Assembly: GCA_965205995.1 (NCBI GenBank)
Contig: OZ242200.1
Span: 1,305,071-1,369,070, forward strand
Origin: Alphaproteobacteria bacterium
Lineage (GTDB): Bacteria > Pseudomonadota > Alphaproteobacteria > MPNO01
Direction: 5' to 3'
Length of the DNA stretch: 64,000 bases
Shown: positions 35,399 through 47,819 of the stretch, one piece after another
Layout of the letters: the number at the start of each line of letters is the position of its first letter
Position numbering within the stretch: position 1 is the stretch's first letter
Notes under the pieces: generated by a model
What the model was told of the DNA's origin: nothing
The model's input: the letters and a program-made list of their open reading frames with translations, nothing else
Database searches by the model: none
Program-made: the position numbers and the translations under genes

Positions 35399-36153
35399 AA
35401 CTCACCGACAAGCCCAGGCTGCGCTCGGCGCTGAGAAAGCTCTACGCCGCCAGGATCGACTGGTCGGACAGCTATATTCGCGGAACCGCCGCGCAGGAAG
35501 CGATCGATTTCGTTGCCATGATGGCGGGGCTCAAGCCGGTATACGTATCGGGGCGCGGCTTCGATCACGAAGGCTGGCACGCCGCGGTGCTGGAGCTGGC
35601 GGCATCCAACCGGCTCTATGTCGTCGCCGGCCCCTATTGGGAGGCCGCGCCGCCGTCTTCCGACCTGCCCGGCTGGTTCGCGGACGCGGCGCGCAAGGGG
35701 CTCAACGAGGGGCGGGCGCACTATGTCGCCAAGGGGCGCGCGACGGCCGACGAGCTCAAGGCGCTCGCCGAGACCGGCCGCCCGGCGATCGGGCAGGAGG
35801 CGCGGCTGCTCGGCTTTCCCGTCTGCTGCGTGGAGGCGCATTACGCCGCCGCCGACGCCTTCGAACGCGCGACCTTCGAGATCCTGACGCGCCGCGCGGA
35901 CGGCGACGAGGCGGAGATGCGGCGCCTCGCCGCGAGCGACGAGCCGGTGCGGCCGGAAACCGACGAGGAGCGCGCGCTGTTCGCCGCGGCGGTCCGCGTG
36001 TACCCCGCGCGCCATACCAGCCTCAACATGTGCGAGACCTGCGCCGCCGACCCCGACAGCCCCGGGGCGAAGCTGTCCGCCGCCTATGGCACGCTGGTCG
36101 CAGCCCTCACCGGTGGGCGGCGGCGGGACCGGTCGCGGCGGCGCCGGGGCTAA
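35395..36153 (+). CDS. Hypothetical protein (252 aa, Cys-containing PVCCVEAHY / NMCETCAADPD motifs), translationally coupled to the MFS pump gene
   Basis: GTG start overlaps the emrB-like TGA (GTGA); no recognisable domain. Confidence 0.55.
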   Translation: MKLTDKPRLRSALRKLYAARIDWSDSYIRGTAAQEAIDFVAMMAGLKPVYVSGRGFDHEGWHAAVLELAASNRLYVVAGPYWEAAPPSSDLPGWFADAARKGLNEGRAHYVAKGRATADELKALAETGRPAIGQEARLLGFPVCCVEAHYAAADAFERATFEILTRRADGDEAEMRRLAASDEPVRPETDEERALFAAAVRVYPARHTSLNMCETCAADPDSPGAKLSAAYGTLVAALTGGRRRDRSRRRRG

Positions 36154-36160
36154 GCCGGCC

Positions 36161-36985
36161 CTACAGCGTCATCAGATCCTCGCCGATGACGAGCGGTCCG
36201 GCGTAGTCGCGGCGGATGATTTCGCTGAGTTCGCGCGGCTCCGAGTTCGGCAGCATATGCGTCGTGACCAGCATGCCGATACTTGAGTCCCGGGCGACCA
36301 AAGAGAGCCGTTCGGGCGAGGTATGAGCGTGCGGGGTGTGCCCCTTGTCGATTTCCGGCGCCGTCCAATTCTCGTACTGCATGCATTCATGGATCAGCAC
36401 ATCCGCGCCGTGCGCGTGCCGGATCAGGTTTTCGCAGGGGCAGGTATCGCCCGACAGCACGATCCTCCGGTCCTTCGATTCGAAGTGGTATCCGAAGGGC
36501 TGGTCCAGCGGATAGTGCTCCACATCGAACGCGGTGACCCTGACCCCGTCGATCTCGGCGGCAAGGCCCTGGTCGATTTCATGGACCACGATATTGGGCA
36601 ACTCCCGCTTGGCGGTGCGGATCTTCATGCGCATTTCCAGATCCGGGCGGTGCATTTCGAGAAGCCGGTCGACCATGCGCCGGATCCCGGCGGGTCCATA
36701 GATATGCCAGGGGGAGTCGTCGCCATAGATCCACCGGCAGATGATGAAATGCCCGAGATCTATGTAGTGGTCGGAATGCAGATGCGTGATGAACAGATGC
36801 TCGATGCTGTCGAGCGGAACGCCGGCCTCGACCAGGCGCACCACCACGCTGGCAGCCCCGCTTGGGATTCGGCCCGAACCGCAATCGACCAGGAATCCTT
36901 TGGAGCCGGCCCGCACCACGTAGCCGGGGCCGCGCCGCTTGGGATTGGGGAAAGGCAGCCCGGTGCCCAACAGGGTGACTTGCAC
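36161..36985 (-). CDS. MBL-fold metallo-hydrolase
   Basis: HLHSDH motif; likely GTG start (VQVTLLGTG) inside track ORF 36161..37069. Confidence 0.75.
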   Translation of the reverse strand: MQVTLLGTGLPFPNPKRRGPGYVVRAGSKGFLVDCGSGRIPSGAASVVVRLVEAGVPLDSIEHLFITHLHSDHYIDLGHFIICRWIYGDDSPWHIYGPAGIRRMVDRLLEMHRPDLEMRMKIRTAKRELPNIVVHEIDQGLAAEIDGVRVTAFDVEHYPLDQPFGYHFESKDRRIVLSGDTCPCENLIRHAHGADVLIHECMQYENWTAPEIDKGHTPHAHTSPERLSLVARDSSIGMLVTTHMLPNSEPRELSEIIRRDYAGPLVIGEDLMTL

Positions 36986-37091
36986 GCGCCGTCTCCCGAT
37001 CCGCCGACGATGGAAGCGACGGTAGCACCGGCGGAAGCAGGCGTCACGCTGCGACCGCCGGCGGGTCATGGCACGGGGCCGAAAACAGGGG

Positions 37092-37988
37092 CTAGATCAT
37101 CTCCGCCCGTTCGAGCACGCCGTCGAGGCGCTGTTCCAGCTCGGGCAGCGCCGGGACCATCGGCAGGCGGTGCTCGTTCTCGGGGATCAGGCCGACCCGC
37201 TTCATCATGTATTTGATGGGGATCGGGTTGGTGTCGTAGAACACCGCCTGGTTGATCTCGAACAGCGCGTAGTGGATGTCCTGCGCCTTCTTGAGATCGC
37301 CTTCCCAGACCGCCTCGCACATCGCCGCGAGCCGCGCCGGTTGGAGATTGCCGACCGCGTTCATCAGCCCGCAGGCGCCGACCGCCATCATCGGATAGCT
37401 CAGATCCTCGAGCCCAACGAAGATGCGGAAATCCATGCCGAACCTGGCGAGGCACCGGCTGACGAAGCCGAGATCGTCGACGGCGTGCTTCATGCCGACG
37501 AAGTTGGGCGCCTTGTCGGCGATCTCCGACAGCGTCTCCAGGGTGACGCTCACCGCCGCGCGGCCGGGGATGTGGTAGATCATCCACGGCAGTTCGGTGC
37601 GCTTGGCGAGCTCCAGGTAGTAGGCTGCGAGACCGCGCTGGGGCGGGCGGATGAAATAGGGGGTGACGATCAGCAGCGCATCCGCCCCGGCCTTGTCGGC
37701 GTGGAGCGTCAGCGCCTCGCTATCGGCGAAGGACTGCGAGCCCGTGGCGGCGACGATCGGCACCCTCCCCGCCGCCGCCTCGACCGCCACGTCGACGGCG
37801 CGGTTGCGCTCCTCGACGGAAAGCGTCGAGGGCTCCGATGTGGTCCCGTTGACCAGGATTCCGTGCGAGCCCTCGCGGATCTGGAACTCGACCATCTCGG
37901 CATAGGCCGCGTAGTCGACCGTGCCGTTGCGGAACGGGGTGATCAGCGGCGGGATCGAGCCGCGCAGAAACTCCTTCGGCAGGTCCAT
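37092..37988 (-). CDS. Dihydrodipicolinate-synthase (DapA/NAL) family class I aldolase
   Basis: 298 aa; GTTSE, Schiff-base Lys context FVGMKHAV... typical of the family. Confidence 0.8.
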   Translation of the reverse strand: MDLPKEFLRGSIPPLITPFRNGTVDYAAYAEMVEFQIREGSHGILVNGTTSEPSTLSVEERNRAVDVAVEAAAGRVPIVAATGSQSFADSEALTLHADKAGADALLIVTPYFIRPPQRGLAAYYLELAKRTELPWMIYHIPGRAAVSVTLETLSEIADKAPNFVGMKHAVDDLGFVSRCLARFGMDFRIFVGLEDLSYPMMAVGACGLMNAVGNLQPARLAAMCEAVWEGDLKKAQDIHYALFEINQAVFYDTNPIPIKYMMKRVGLIPENEHRLPMVPALPELEQRLDGVLERAEMI

Positions 37989-37999
37989 TTCATTCGGTC

Positions 38000-39130
38000 C
38001 TATTCGCCGAGCGCGGCCCGGACCTGCTCCTTGTTGGTCTCGAAGCCGACATTGGCGCCGAGCACCGACCAGGGATGCTTGAGATCTTCCTGCCAGAGGA
38101 GGGATTCCATGACGATGTTGAGCGGCTGGTCCTGGATGGTGAGCTCGTAGACCGCCTCGTCATAGGAGGCGTGGTTGTGGACCGCCCAGCCGGGCGCCGA
38201 CAGCATCAGATCGCCCGCTTTCCACTCATAGACCTTGCCCTCGACGGTGGAGCGGCCGCTGCCCGAGAAATAGTAGTTGATCGCCGCCGAGACATGGCGG
38301 TGCGGTCGGTCGACGATCTTCGGCGGGCGCACCGTCATGGTCGCGAAGAAGCTTGGCGTGGTGCCGTTGAAGCGCCCGGTCATCGGGTTGAACAGGAGAT
38401 AGAGCCGCCGGCCGCGATATTCCTTGCCGAGCCCCTGGAGCTTGTCGAGCTCGCGCTTGACGTCCTGCCACGGCCAGTGCAGCGCCGGCGAATCGAGCGA
38501 ATCGGGGTTGATCAGCGTCTCATAGGGCATCAGCCAGGCGCCGCCGTCGGTCAACTGGAACGTGCCGTAGGGGTTGACGTCGCGCTCGTCGGGCAGCGCT
38601 TCCGCTGCTTCCTCGGCATCGCCGCCGACCGCCTCGATCGGCGCCGGCGGCTCCTCGTCGACGATGTGGACGTTCATCTTCTCCAACAGCGGCGCGTTCG
38701 AATAGGTGAGCCGGATCTGGACTTCGTCGCTGTCGTTGACGTGCCAGTAGGTCGCCATAGACGGGAAGTTCCAGACATCGTAGCGCGCAAACGGGATCCG
38801 CTTGCCGTCGACGATCGAATGGCCGCCGCCGCCGATGCAGAAATTGACCTGCGTCGAATTGTGCCGGATCGGCGCCGATTGCTCGCCCGGTCTGAGAACC
38901 TCCAGGGTGACGCGAACCCCGGGCTGGAGCCCCGGGCCGACGCCGAGCGTCTCCCAGTCCGGATGGGCGACGATCGAATGGCGCCTGCCGTTACCGGGCC
39001 GGTCGAGGTCGGCGAGACGCTCGACCTCGTCGTCGATCTCCTCCTTGGTGATGACGACCGGTTCCCAGAGATCGAGCTTCGGGGTGCCGTGCCCGCTGCG
39101 ATCGATGAAGACGGCCTTTTTCTGCGTCAT
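38000..39130 (-). CDS. Bicupin dioxygenase, gentisate/1-hydroxy-2-naphthoate 1,2-dioxygenase-like
   Basis: Two cupin motifs (IRHNSTQVNFCIGGGGHS..WHVN and HRHVSAAINYYFSGSG..HNH); start MTQKKAVFID inside track ORF 38000..39190. Confidence 0.75.
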   Translation of the reverse strand: MTQKKAVFIDRSGHGTPKLDLWEPVVITKEEIDDEVERLADLDRPGNGRRHSIVAHPDWETLGVGPGLQPGVRVTLEVLRPGEQSAPIRHNSTQVNFCIGGGGHSIVDGKRIPFARYDVWNFPSMATYWHVNDSDEVQIRLTYSNAPLLEKMNVHIVDEEPPAPIEAVGGDAEEAAEALPDERDVNPYGTFQLTDGGAWLMPYETLINPDSLDSPALHWPWQDVKRELDKLQGLGKEYRGRRLYLLFNPMTGRFNGTTPSFFATMTVRPPKIVDRPHRHVSAAINYYFSGSGRSTVEGKVYEWKAGDLMLSAPGWAVHNHASYDEAVYELTIQDQPLNIVMESLLWQEDLKHPWSVLGANVGFETNKEQVRAALGE

Positions 39131-39248
39131 GTCGGAACCTTTCCGATAGCATCGCCGGCGTGCCGGGCGGGTTGGGGGCAAACGGGGCAAGCGCCGGCAG
39201 CGGCTGGGGAATGGGAGGGAGCGTAGCCGTGGCTCCGGCGACGGTCAA

Positions 39249-39904
39249 TCAGGCGTTGAGCGCACCGACCGCCGCCTGGATCTGGGCGGACACATCGTCG
39301 ATCGCGGCCATTCCGTCGACGGTTTCGAGAATGCCGCGCTCGCGGTAATAGGGCAGAAGCGGCTCGGTCTGCGCGTGATAGGCGACCAGCCGCGTCTTGA
39401 CGGTGTCCTCGTTGTCGTCGGGCCGCTGCCTGAATTCGGTCCCGCCGCAGCGGTCGCACACCCCGTCGGCGGCCGTCGGCTGTGAGCGGCGGTGATAGCC
39501 GGCGCCGCATCCCGCGCAGGAGAACCGCCCGGCGATGCGCTCGACCAGGACGTCGTCGTCGACCGCCATCTCGATCACCGCGTCGAGCCGCCTGCCCTTG
39601 CGCACGAGCATCTCGTCGAGCGCCTCGGCCTGCGCCGCGGTGCGTGGAAAACCGTCGAGGGTGAACCCGCCGGTACAATCCGGCTCGTCGATCCGCTGCT
39701 CGATCATCGACACCATGACATCGTCGGGAACCAGCTCGCCGGCCTCCATGATCGACTTGGCGATCCTGCCGATCTCGCTGCCCGACGCCACCGCCGCGCG
39801 GAGCATGTCACCGGTCGAAAGCTGTACCAGCCCGTTGGATTCCTCCAGGCGCTGGGCCTGGGTGCCCTTGCCGGCGCCGGGCGGCCCCAACAGGATCAGG
39901 TTCA

Positions 39905-39905
<1 letters not shown>
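39249..39905 (-). CDS. adk: Adenylate kinase (long type with Zn-binding CxxC..CxxC lid)
   Basis: GPPGAGKGTQ P-loop; CAGCGAGY...CDRCGG lid. Confidence 0.95.
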
Positions 39906-41245
<1,340 letters not shown>

Positions 41246-41248
41246 GGG

Positions 41249-41779
41249 CTAGTCTCCCGACCCTGCGCCGTCCGCACCCTTCGCGGCGTCCCCGTCCGAT
41301 GACTTGGCCTTGGCGGGCGCCCCGGATTCGACCGAGATGCTGCCCCCGGCCTTCTCCACCGCCGCGACCGCCGCCTTGGACGCGCCCGAGACCTGGAGAG
41401 TCACGCTGGCCGCGATCTCGCCCTTCGCGAGCACCCGGATGCCGTCCCGGAGGGTCTTGATCAGCCCCGCGGCGACCAGTGCCGCCTCGGTGATCGGCTG
41501 CTTGGGATCGATCTTGCCGGCATCGATCGCCGCTTGCAGACGGCCGAGATTGAGCACCCGGTAATGCTTGCGGAACAGGTTGTGGAACCCGCGCTTCGGC
41601 AAACGCCGGTGGAGCGGCATCTGGCCGCCCTCGAAGCCGAGTAGCGACACGCCGCTCCGCGCCTTCTGGCCCTTATGGCCCTTGCCGGAGGTCTTGCCCT
41701 TGCCCGAGCCGATGCCGCGGCCGACGCGCTTGCGCGCGCGTCTCGCGCCCGGGTTGTCGCGGAGTTCATTCAGCCTCAT
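41249..41779 (-). CDS. rplO: 50S ribosomal protein L15
   Basis: Conserved sequence and position. Confidence 0.95.
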   Translation of the reverse strand: MRLNELRDNPGARRARKRVGRGIGSGKGKTSGKGHKGQKARSGVSLLGFEGGQMPLHRRLPKRGFHNLFRKHYRVLNLGRLQAAIDAGKIDPKQPITEAALVAAGLIKTLRDGIRVLAKGEIAASVTLQVSGASKAAVAAVEKAGGSISVESGAPAKAKSSDGDAAKGADGAGSGD

Positions 41780-41821
41780 CGAGTCGCTCCCGGCCCCGGC
41801 ATTGCGCGCCGCGGCATGTGT

Positions 41822-42022
41822 CTAGTCCCGCTCGTCCACCGACACCAGATGCGAGACCTTGCGGATCATACCGCGGACCGCCGGCGTGTCCTCGAGCTCG
41901 CGGGTGCGGTGCAGCTTGTTGAGCCCAAGCCCGATCAGCGTCGCGCGCTGGTCCTTCGGGCGGCCGATCGGGCTCTTGATCTGGGTGACGGTGACGGTGA
42001 CGGTCTTGGGCTTCCTAGCCAT
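41822..42022 (-). CDS. rpmD: 50S ribosomal protein L30
   Basis: Conserved. Confidence 0.95.
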   Translation of the reverse strand: MARKPKTVTVTVTQIKSPIGRPKDQRATLIGLGLNKLHRTRELEDTPAVRGMIRKVSHLVSVDERD

Positions 42023-42623
42023 TGGCCTCGGCTCCCGCCGCCTGGCTGCGTGTGTCTTCGCCCGTACGACGGCCGATGATGTCGCCGATCTTCTTTCCGC
42101 GCCGCGCCGCGACCGAGCGCGGCGAATTCAGCCGCGACAGCCCGTCGAAGGTCGCCTTGACCATGTTGTAGGGGTTGGCGGTGCCGATCGACTTGGCGAC
42201 GACGTCGTGGACGCCGAGGGTCTCGAACACCGCGCGCATCGGCCCGCCGGCGATGATCCCGGTGCCCGGCGGCGCGGCGCGCAGCACCACCCGGCCGGCG
42301 CCGAAACGCCCGATGATGTCGTGATGCAAGGTCCGCCCTTCGCGCAGCGGCACCCGGATCAGCTTCTGCTTGGCCTGTTCGGTCGCCTTGCGGATGGCCT
42401 CCGGCACCTCGCGCGCCTTGCCGCTGCCATAGCCGACGCGGCCCTTCGCGTCGCCGACCACCACCAGCGCGGCGAAACCGAATCGCCGACCGCCCTTCAC
42501 CACCTTGGCGACGCGGTTGATGCTCACCAGCTTGTCGACGAGCTCGTTCTGCTCCGAATCGTCGGATCGGCGGTTGCCCCGGTCGGATCGGGAGCCGCGG
42601 TCGGATCGGGGACCTCGTGCCAT
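42015..42623 (-). CDS. rpsE: 30S ribosomal protein S5
   Basis: Conserved; N-terminal RSDRG repeat extension. Confidence 0.95.
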   Translation of the reverse strand: MARGPRSDRGSRSDRGNRRSDDSEQNELVDKLVSINRVAKVVKGGRRFGFAALVVVGDAKGRVGYGSGKAREVPEAIRKATEQAKQKLIRVPLREGRTLHHDIIGRFGAGRVVLRAAPPGTGIIAGGPMRAVFETLGVHDVVAKSIGTANPYNMVKATFDGLSRLNSPRSVAARRGKKIGDIIGRRTGEDTRSQAAGAEANG

Positions 42624-42632
42624 GTCAAATCC

Positions 42633-42998
42633 TCAGAACGCGAGACCGCTCTCGCGGGCCGCTTCGGCCAGGGCCTTGACCCGGCCATGATAAACATAGG
42701 AGCCGCGGTCGAAGACGACCTCCTTGACCCCGTTGGCGACCGCACGCTCGGCGACGAGCTGGCCCACCTTTGCCGCCGCGTCCTTGTCGGCGCCGGTCTC
42801 GAGGCTTGAGCGCAACTCCTTCTCCTGGCTGGAGGCCGCCGCCAGCGTCCGGCCGGCGCGGTCGTCGATCACCTGGGCGGAAATATTCTTGTTCGACCGG
42901 TACACCGACAGCCTCGGCCGGTCGGCGTTGCGCTGCCTGAGCTGCCGCCGCACCCTGGCGCGGCGCTTGGCGGCGAGTTGAGATACGTTCGCCATCAA
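42633..42998 (-). CDS. rplR: 50S ribosomal protein L18
   Basis: Conserved. Confidence 0.95.
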   Translation of the reverse strand: MMANVSQLAAKRRARVRRQLRQRNADRPRLSVYRSNKNISAQVIDDRAGRTLAAASSQEKELRSSLETGADKDAAAKVGQLVAERAVANGVKEVVFDRGSYVYHGRVKALAEAARESGLAF

Positions 42999-43004
42999 AC
43001 GCTC

Positions 43005-43538
43005 CTACTTCTTTTTGCCTTCCTTGCGGACGATGATCTCGTTCGCATAGCGGATACCCTTGCCCTTATACGGCTCCGGCTTTCGATAGGCGCGGATCTC
43101 TGCCGCCACCTGGCCGACCTGCTGGCGGTCGATGCCGGAGACCGAGATTTGGGTCGGGCGCTGGCAGGCGATCGCGATTCCGTCCGGTATCGCGTGCCGG
43201 ATTTCGTGGCTGTAGCCGAGCTGGAGCACGAGCTCCCTGCCGTCGATCGCCGCGCGGTAGCCGACCCCGTTGATCTCGAGATCGACCTTGAACCCTTCGC
43301 TGACGCCGGTGACGATATTCTGCAAGAGGCTCCTCGTGGTTCCCCACATCGAGCGGGCGCGCTTGGTCTGGCTGCGCGGCGCGACCGTCAGCTTGCCGTC
43401 GTCCTGGGTCAGGTCGACCTGGTCGGAGAGCGTCATCGAAAGCGCTCCGAGCTTTCCCTTCGCGCTCACCTCGCGCCCGGTGATCGCCACCTCGACGCCG
43501 TCGGGCAGGGTGACCGCCATTTGTCCCACTCGCGACAT
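43005..43538 (-). CDS. rplF: 50S ribosomal protein L6
   Basis: Conserved. Confidence 0.95.
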   Translation of the reverse strand: MSRVGQMAVTLPDGVEVAITGREVSAKGKLGALSMTLSDQVDLTQDDGKLTVAPRSQTKRARSMWGTTRSLLQNIVTGVSEGFKVDLEINGVGYRAAIDGRELVLQLGYSHEIRHAIPDGIAIACQRPTQISVSGIDRQQVGQVAAEIRAYRKPEPYKGKGIRYANEIIVRKEGKKK

Positions 43539-43546
43539 GACGCCTC

Positions 43547-43945
43547 CTAGAACACCATGCAGAGGACTTCGCCGCCGACATTGGCGGCGCGCGCCTCGCC
43601 GTCAGACATCACCCCCTGCGGGGTGGACAGGATCGAGATACCGAGCCCGTTATAGACTGGCGCCAGATCCCTGATCTTGGAGTAGACCCGCCGCCCCGGC
43701 TTGGAGATCCGCTGGATTTCCCGGATCACCGGCTGGCCGTCATGGTATTTGAGCTCGATCCGGAGCTCCGAAATACCCTTCTTGAGTTCGGCCTCGCTGT
43801 AGCCGCGGATATAGCCTTCCCGCTGGAGCACGTCGAGCACGTTGGTGCGCAGCCTGGAGGCCGGCGCGTCGATCGCCGTCTTTTGCGCCCGCTGGCCGTT
43901 CCGGATGCGGGTCAGCATATCGCCGAGAGGGTCGCTCATCGTCAT
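43547..43945 (-). CDS. rpsH: 30S ribosomal protein S8
   Basis: Conserved. Confidence 0.95.
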   Translation of the reverse strand: MTMSDPLGDMLTRIRNGQRAQKTAIDAPASRLRTNVLDVLQREGYIRGYSEAELKKGISELRIELKYHDGQPVIREIQRISKPGRRVYSKIRDLAPVYNGLGISILSTPQGVMSDGEARAANVGGEVLCMVF

Positions 43946-43958
43946 CGTTGCGATTCCC

Positions 43959-44264
43959 CTACCAACTCGACTTCACCATGCCCGGGATCAACCCGAAGGC
44001 GGCAAGCTCGCGCAGCGCGATCCGCGAAATTCGGAACTTGCGGTAATAGCCGCGCGGCCGTCCGCTGAGCTCGCAGCGGTTGCGGACGCGCACCGCCGCG
44101 CCGTTGCGCGGCATCTTGGCCAGCTTGAGACGGGCGTTGAACCGCTCCTCCATCGGCAGGTCGCGGTTGTTCGCGATCTCCTTATAGGCCTTGCGCTTCT
44201 CGCTGTCGCGGGCGGTCAGCCGCCGGCGCTTCATGTTTCTCTCTACGGCGCTCTTCTTCGCCAT
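43959..44264 (-). CDS. rpsN: 30S ribosomal protein S14
   Basis: Conserved. Confidence 0.95.
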   Translation of the reverse strand: MAKKSAVERNMKRRRLTARDSEKRKAYKEIANNRDLPMEERFNARLKLAKMPRNGAAVRVRNRCELSGRPRGYYRKFRISRIALRELAAFGLIPGMVKSSW

Positions 44265-44286
44265 CCGATCTTTCCCGGTCCTTACA

Positions 44287-44829
44287 TCAGTTCACGAAGG
44301 GAAACTGGAATCCCTTGAGCAGCGACCTCGCCTCGTCGTCGTTCTTCGCGGTGGTAACGACGATGACGTCCATGCCGCGCATCTGATCGACGGAGTCGTA
44401 GTCGATCTCTTGGAAGACAATTTGTTCCTGCAGCCCCATCGCGTAATTGCCATTGCCGTCGAAACTGGAGGACGACAGGCCGCGGAAGTCGCGCACCCTG
44501 GGAAGCGCGATGGTGATCAGCCGGTCGAGGAACTCGTACATCATCGCACGCCTCAGCGTGACCTTGACGCCGACCGGCATGCCCTCGCGCAGCTTGAACT
44601 GCGCGACCGATCTGCGGGCGCGGATGACGACCGGCTTCTGGCCGGCGATCAGGGTCATGTCGCGCACGGCCGCTTCGATCTTCTTGGAATCGGCGACCGC
44701 CTCGCCTACCCCCATATTGAGGACGACCTTCTCCAGCTTCGGCACCTGCATGGGGTTGGCATAGCCGTACTGCTCCAGCAGCGCCGGCCGGACGACCTGT
44801 TGATAGTGTTCGTGAAGGCGAGTTGGCAT
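44287..44829 (-). CDS. rplE: 50S ribosomal protein L5
   Basis: Conserved. Confidence 0.95.
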   Translation of the reverse strand: MPTRLHEHYQQVVRPALLEQYGYANPMQVPKLEKVVLNMGVGEAVADSKKIEAAVRDMTLIAGQKPVVIRARRSVAQFKLREGMPVGVKVTLRRAMMYEFLDRLITIALPRVRDFRGLSSSSFDGNGNYAMGLQEQIVFQEIDYDSVDQMRGMDVIVVTTAKNDDEARSLLKGFQFPFVN

Positions 44830-44839
44830 GGTTCCGTCC

Positions 44840-45181
44840 CTAGTCGATCAACTCGCCGGACGCCTTGGCGAAGCGCACCTTGCGGCCGTCTTCCAGCATC
44901 CGGAAACCGGCGCGCGTCGGCTTGTCGGAAGCCGGGTCGAGCAACGCCACGTTGGAGACGTGGATCGGCGCCTCCTTCTCGACGATGCCGCCGGTCTGGG
45001 TCTGCGTCTGGCGCGTGTGGCGCTTGACGACGTTGACGCTCTGGACGATCAACCGCCCTTCCTTCGGCATCACCTTCAGAACGCTGCCGCGCTTTCCCTT
45101 GTCGCGCCCGGTCAGCACGATGACGTTATCGCCCTTGCGAATACGCTTGATTCCGCCGCCGCTTTTCGCCGCCCGTCCCAT
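44840..45181 (-). CDS. rplX: 50S ribosomal protein L24
   Basis: Conserved. Confidence 0.95.
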   Translation of the reverse strand: MGRAAKSGGGIKRIRKGDNVIVLTGRDKGKRGSVLKVMPKEGRLIVQSVNVVKRHTRQTQTQTGGIVEKEAPIHVSNVALLDPASDKPTRAGFRMLEDGRKVRFAKASGELID

Positions 45182-45182
45182 G

Positions 45183-45551
45183 TCACAGCACCTCCGGCGC
45201 GAGCGAGATGATCTTCATGTACTGCTTGGCGCGCAGCTCGCGGGTGACGGGGCCGAAAATACGCGTTCCGATCGGTTCGCCGGCCGGGGTGATCAGCACC
45301 GCCGCGTTGCGATCGAAGCGGATGGCGGTGCCGTCGGGCCGGCGGATTTCCTTCGCGGTGCGGACCACGACCGCCTTGTGGATGTCGCCCTTCTTCACGC
45401 GGCCGCGTGGGATCGCCTCCTTGACGGAGACCACGATCACGTCGCCGACCGACGCCCAGCGGCGCCTCGAGCCGCCCAGGATGCGGATGCACTGGACCCG
45501 CCGGGCGCCCGAGTTGTCCGCTACGTCGAGATCGCTTTCGGCCTGAATCAT
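45183..45551 (-). CDS. rplN: 50S ribosomal protein L14
   Basis: Conserved. Confidence 0.95.
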   Translation of the reverse strand: MIQAESDLDVADNSGARRVQCIRILGGSRRRWASVGDVIVVSVKEAIPRGRVKKGDIHKAVVVRTAKEIRRPDGTAIRFDRNAAVLITPAGEPIGTRIFGPVTRELRAKQYMKIISLAPEVL

Positions 45552-45558
45552 ACCGTCC

Positions 45559-45810
45559 TCACGTCGCCTCGGCGCCGGCGGATTCGTCGATCACCTCCCA
45601 CCGCTTGGACCTCGACAGCGGCCGGCATTCGCGGATACGCACCACATCGCCTTCCTTGCACCTGTTCCCGGCGTCATGCGCCGAGAACTTGCCTGACCGG
45701 CGGATGATCTTCTTGTAGATCGGGTGTCGCACCCGGCGTTCAACCCGGACCACGACGGTCTTGTCCATCTTGTCGCTCACCACGACGCCCTGCAGAACCC
45801 GTCTCGGCAC
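45559..45810 (-). CDS. rpsQ: 30S ribosomal protein S17
   Basis: Conserved. Confidence 0.95.
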   Translation of the reverse strand: MPRRVLQGVVVSDKMDKTVVVRVERRVRHPIYKKIIRRSGKFSAHDAGNRCKEGDVVRIRECRPLSRSKRWEVIDESAGAEAT

Positions 45811-45813
45811 CGC

Positions 45814-46020
45814 TCAGCCCTCCTGTTTGGCCGCGCGGCGGCGTTGGTTGATGACGGTCTGGATGCGCGCTATGTCGCGCCTGACCTCGCGTACCCTGGA
45901 CGTCGCCTCGAGCTGCCCGCTGGCGCGCTGGAACCGGAGGTTGAGCGCTTCCCGGCGCAGCGCCCGGAGCGAATCGGTGAGCTCGTCGGGCGTCTTCTGC
46001 CTGACTTCCGCGGCCTTCAT
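45814..46020 (-). CDS. rpmC: 50S ribosomal protein L29
   Basis: 68 aa from internal Met ([14 protein letters not shown]) of track ORF 45814..46251; ATG overlaps the rplP stop. Confidence 0.9.
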   Translation of the reverse strand: MKAAEVRQKTPDELTDSLRALRREALNLRFQRASGQLEATSRVREVRRDIARIQTVINQRRRAAKQEG

Positions 46021-46022
46021 GG

Positions 46023-46442
46023 TCAATGGCCTCCAGCCAGGCGCTGCACGAAGCGGACGGGTATCGGCAGCTTCGCCGCGGCAAGGGAAAGCGCGCTCCG
46101 CGCGACATCGCCCGGCACGCCGTCGATCTCGAACATGATGCGGCCCGGCTTGACCCGGCAGGCCCAGTATTCCGGCGCCCCCTTGCCCTTTCCCTGACGC
46201 ACCTCGGCCGGTTTCTGCGACACCGGGACGTCGGGGAAAATGCGGATCCACACCCGGCCCGAGCGCTTCATGTGGCGGGTGATGGCGCGCCGCGAGGCCT
46301 CGATCTGGCGCGCCGTCACCCGGCCCGGCCCCATCGCCTTCAACCCATAGGAGCCAAAATTGAGCGCGGTGCCCGCCTTGGCGTTGCCATGGATCCGGCC
46401 CTTATGGGCTTTCCTGAATTTCGTTCGCTTCGGGCTCAGCAT
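46023..46442 (-). CDS. rplP: 50S ribosomal protein L16
   Basis: Conserved. Confidence 0.95.
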   Translation of the reverse strand: MLSPKRTKFRKAHKGRIHGNAKAGTALNFGSYGLKAMGPGRVTARQIEASRRAITRHMKRSGRVWIRIFPDVPVSQKPAEVRQGKGKGAPEYWACRVKPGRIMFEIDGVPGDVARSALSLAAAKLPIPVRFVQRLAGGH

Positions 46443-46460
46443 CGCTCCGCACCTCTCCGC

Positions 46461-47138
46461 CTAGCGGGCGGTCTGCATTTCCTGGTTTGTCCTGTCGAGC
46501 GCCATCGGGTCGTGGGCCATGATTTCGCCCTTGAAGACCCAGACCTTCACTCCGCAGGTGCCGTAGGTGGTCCGCGCCGTCGCGATGCCGTAATCGACAT
46601 TCGCGCGCAGCGTGTGCAGCGGCACGCGGCCTTCGCGGTACCACTCCATGCGCGCGATCTCGGCCCCGCCGAGCCGCCCGCCGCAGTTGATCCGGATCCC
46701 TTCGGCGCCGAGCCGCATCGCGGATTGCACCGAGCGCTTCATCGCGCGGCGGAACGCGACCCGGCGTTCGAGCTGCTGGGCGATGTTCTCGGCGACCAGC
46801 TTGGCGTCGATCTCGGGCTTGCGGAACTCGACGATGTTGATATGGACGTCCGAATTGGTCATCCGGGAGACGTCCTGGCGGAGCTTCTCGATATCGGCGC
46901 CCTTCTTGCCGATCACCACGCCCGGCCGCGCCGAATGAATGGTCACCCGCGCCTTCTTGGCCGGCCGTTCGATCACCACGCGGCTGACCCCCGCCTGGGC
47001 CAGGCGCTTGAACAAATACTCGCGCAGCCGGAGGTCCTCATGCAGCAGGTCGCCATATTGCGTATCGGCGTACCAGCGCGAATCCCAGGTGCGGTTGATG
47101 CCGACCCTGAGGCCAATCGGATTGGCCTTCTGACCCAT
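46461..47138 (-). CDS. rpsC: 30S ribosomal protein S3
   Basis: Conserved. Confidence 0.95.
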   Translation of the reverse strand: MGQKANPIGLRVGINRTWDSRWYADTQYGDLLHEDLRLREYLFKRLAQAGVSRVVIERPAKKARVTIHSARPGVVIGKKGADIEKLRQDVSRMTNSDVHINIVEFRKPEIDAKLVAENIAQQLERRVAFRRAMKRSVQSAMRLGAEGIRINCGGRLGGAEIARMEWYREGRVPLHTLRANVDYGIATARTTYGTCGVKVWVFKGEIMAHDPMALDRTNQEMQTAR

Positions 47139-47527
47139 CAGGCGTTTTCCTCTTCTTCTTCGCGCTCGCGCACCACGACGGTGAGATTGCTGAACGGCTT
47201 TTCCACCCGTCCGACCCGCCCGCGGGCGCGCGCACGGAATCGTTTCATCGCGAAGCTGCGTCCGACAAAGGCTTCGGCGACGACCAGCCGGTCGACATCG
47301 AGCTGGTGGTTGTTCTCGGCGTTGGCGATCGCCGATTGCAGGACCTTGCGGACATCCCCCGCGACGCGGCGGCGCGAAAAGGAGAGCGCGGTAAGCGCGC
47401 GCGAGGCATCCATGCCGCGGATCATCTGGGCGAGCAGGTTCAGCTTGCGCGGGCTAACATGGACGGCCTTGAGATAGGCCATCGCCTCGTTCTCGCCGAG
47501 ACGCCTGGATGTCGCGGGCTTGCCCAT
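47138..47527 (-). CDS. rplV: 50S ribosomal protein L22
   Basis: Conserved; acidic C-terminal tail. Confidence 0.95.
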   Translation of the reverse strand: MGKPATSRRLGENEAMAYLKAVHVSPRKLNLLAQMIRGMDASRALTALSFSRRRVAGDVRKVLQSAIANAENNHQLDVDRLVVAEAFVGRSFAMKRFRARARGRVGRVEKPFSNLTVVVREREEEEENA

Positions 47528-47528
47528 C

Positions 47529-47807
47529 TCAGCTCCGCCGCGCGCGCTTGTCGGCCGCGTGGCCGTGATAGGTGCGCGTCATCGAGAATTCGCCGAATTT
47601 GTGGCCGACCATGTTCTCGGTCACCAGCACCGGCAGAAATTTCTGGCCGTTATGGACGCCGAAGGTCATGCCGACGAATTGCGGCAGGATGGTCGACCGG
47701 CGCGACCATGTCCGGATGATTTCCTTGCGCCCGGACTCGCGAACCTTCTCGGCCTTCTTGAGAAGATAGCCGTCCACAAAGGGCCCTTTCCAAACCGAAC
47801 GAGACAC
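47529..47807 (-). CDS. rpsS: 30S ribosomal protein S19
   Basis: Conserved. Confidence 0.95.
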   Translation of the reverse strand: MSRSVWKGPFVDGYLLKKAEKVRESGRKEIIRTWSRRSTILPQFVGMTFGVHNGQKFLPVLVTENMVGHKFGEFSMTRTYHGHAADKRARRS

Positions 47808-47819
47808 CGTCTGCTCCCT

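Noticed and set aside
42540-42630. Short tandem nucleotide repeats (cggtcggatcggg x2) that could look like a CRISPR or VNTR
   Set aside because: They lie inside rpsE and encode the RSDRG repeats of the S5 N-terminal extension; only two units, no spacer architecture.
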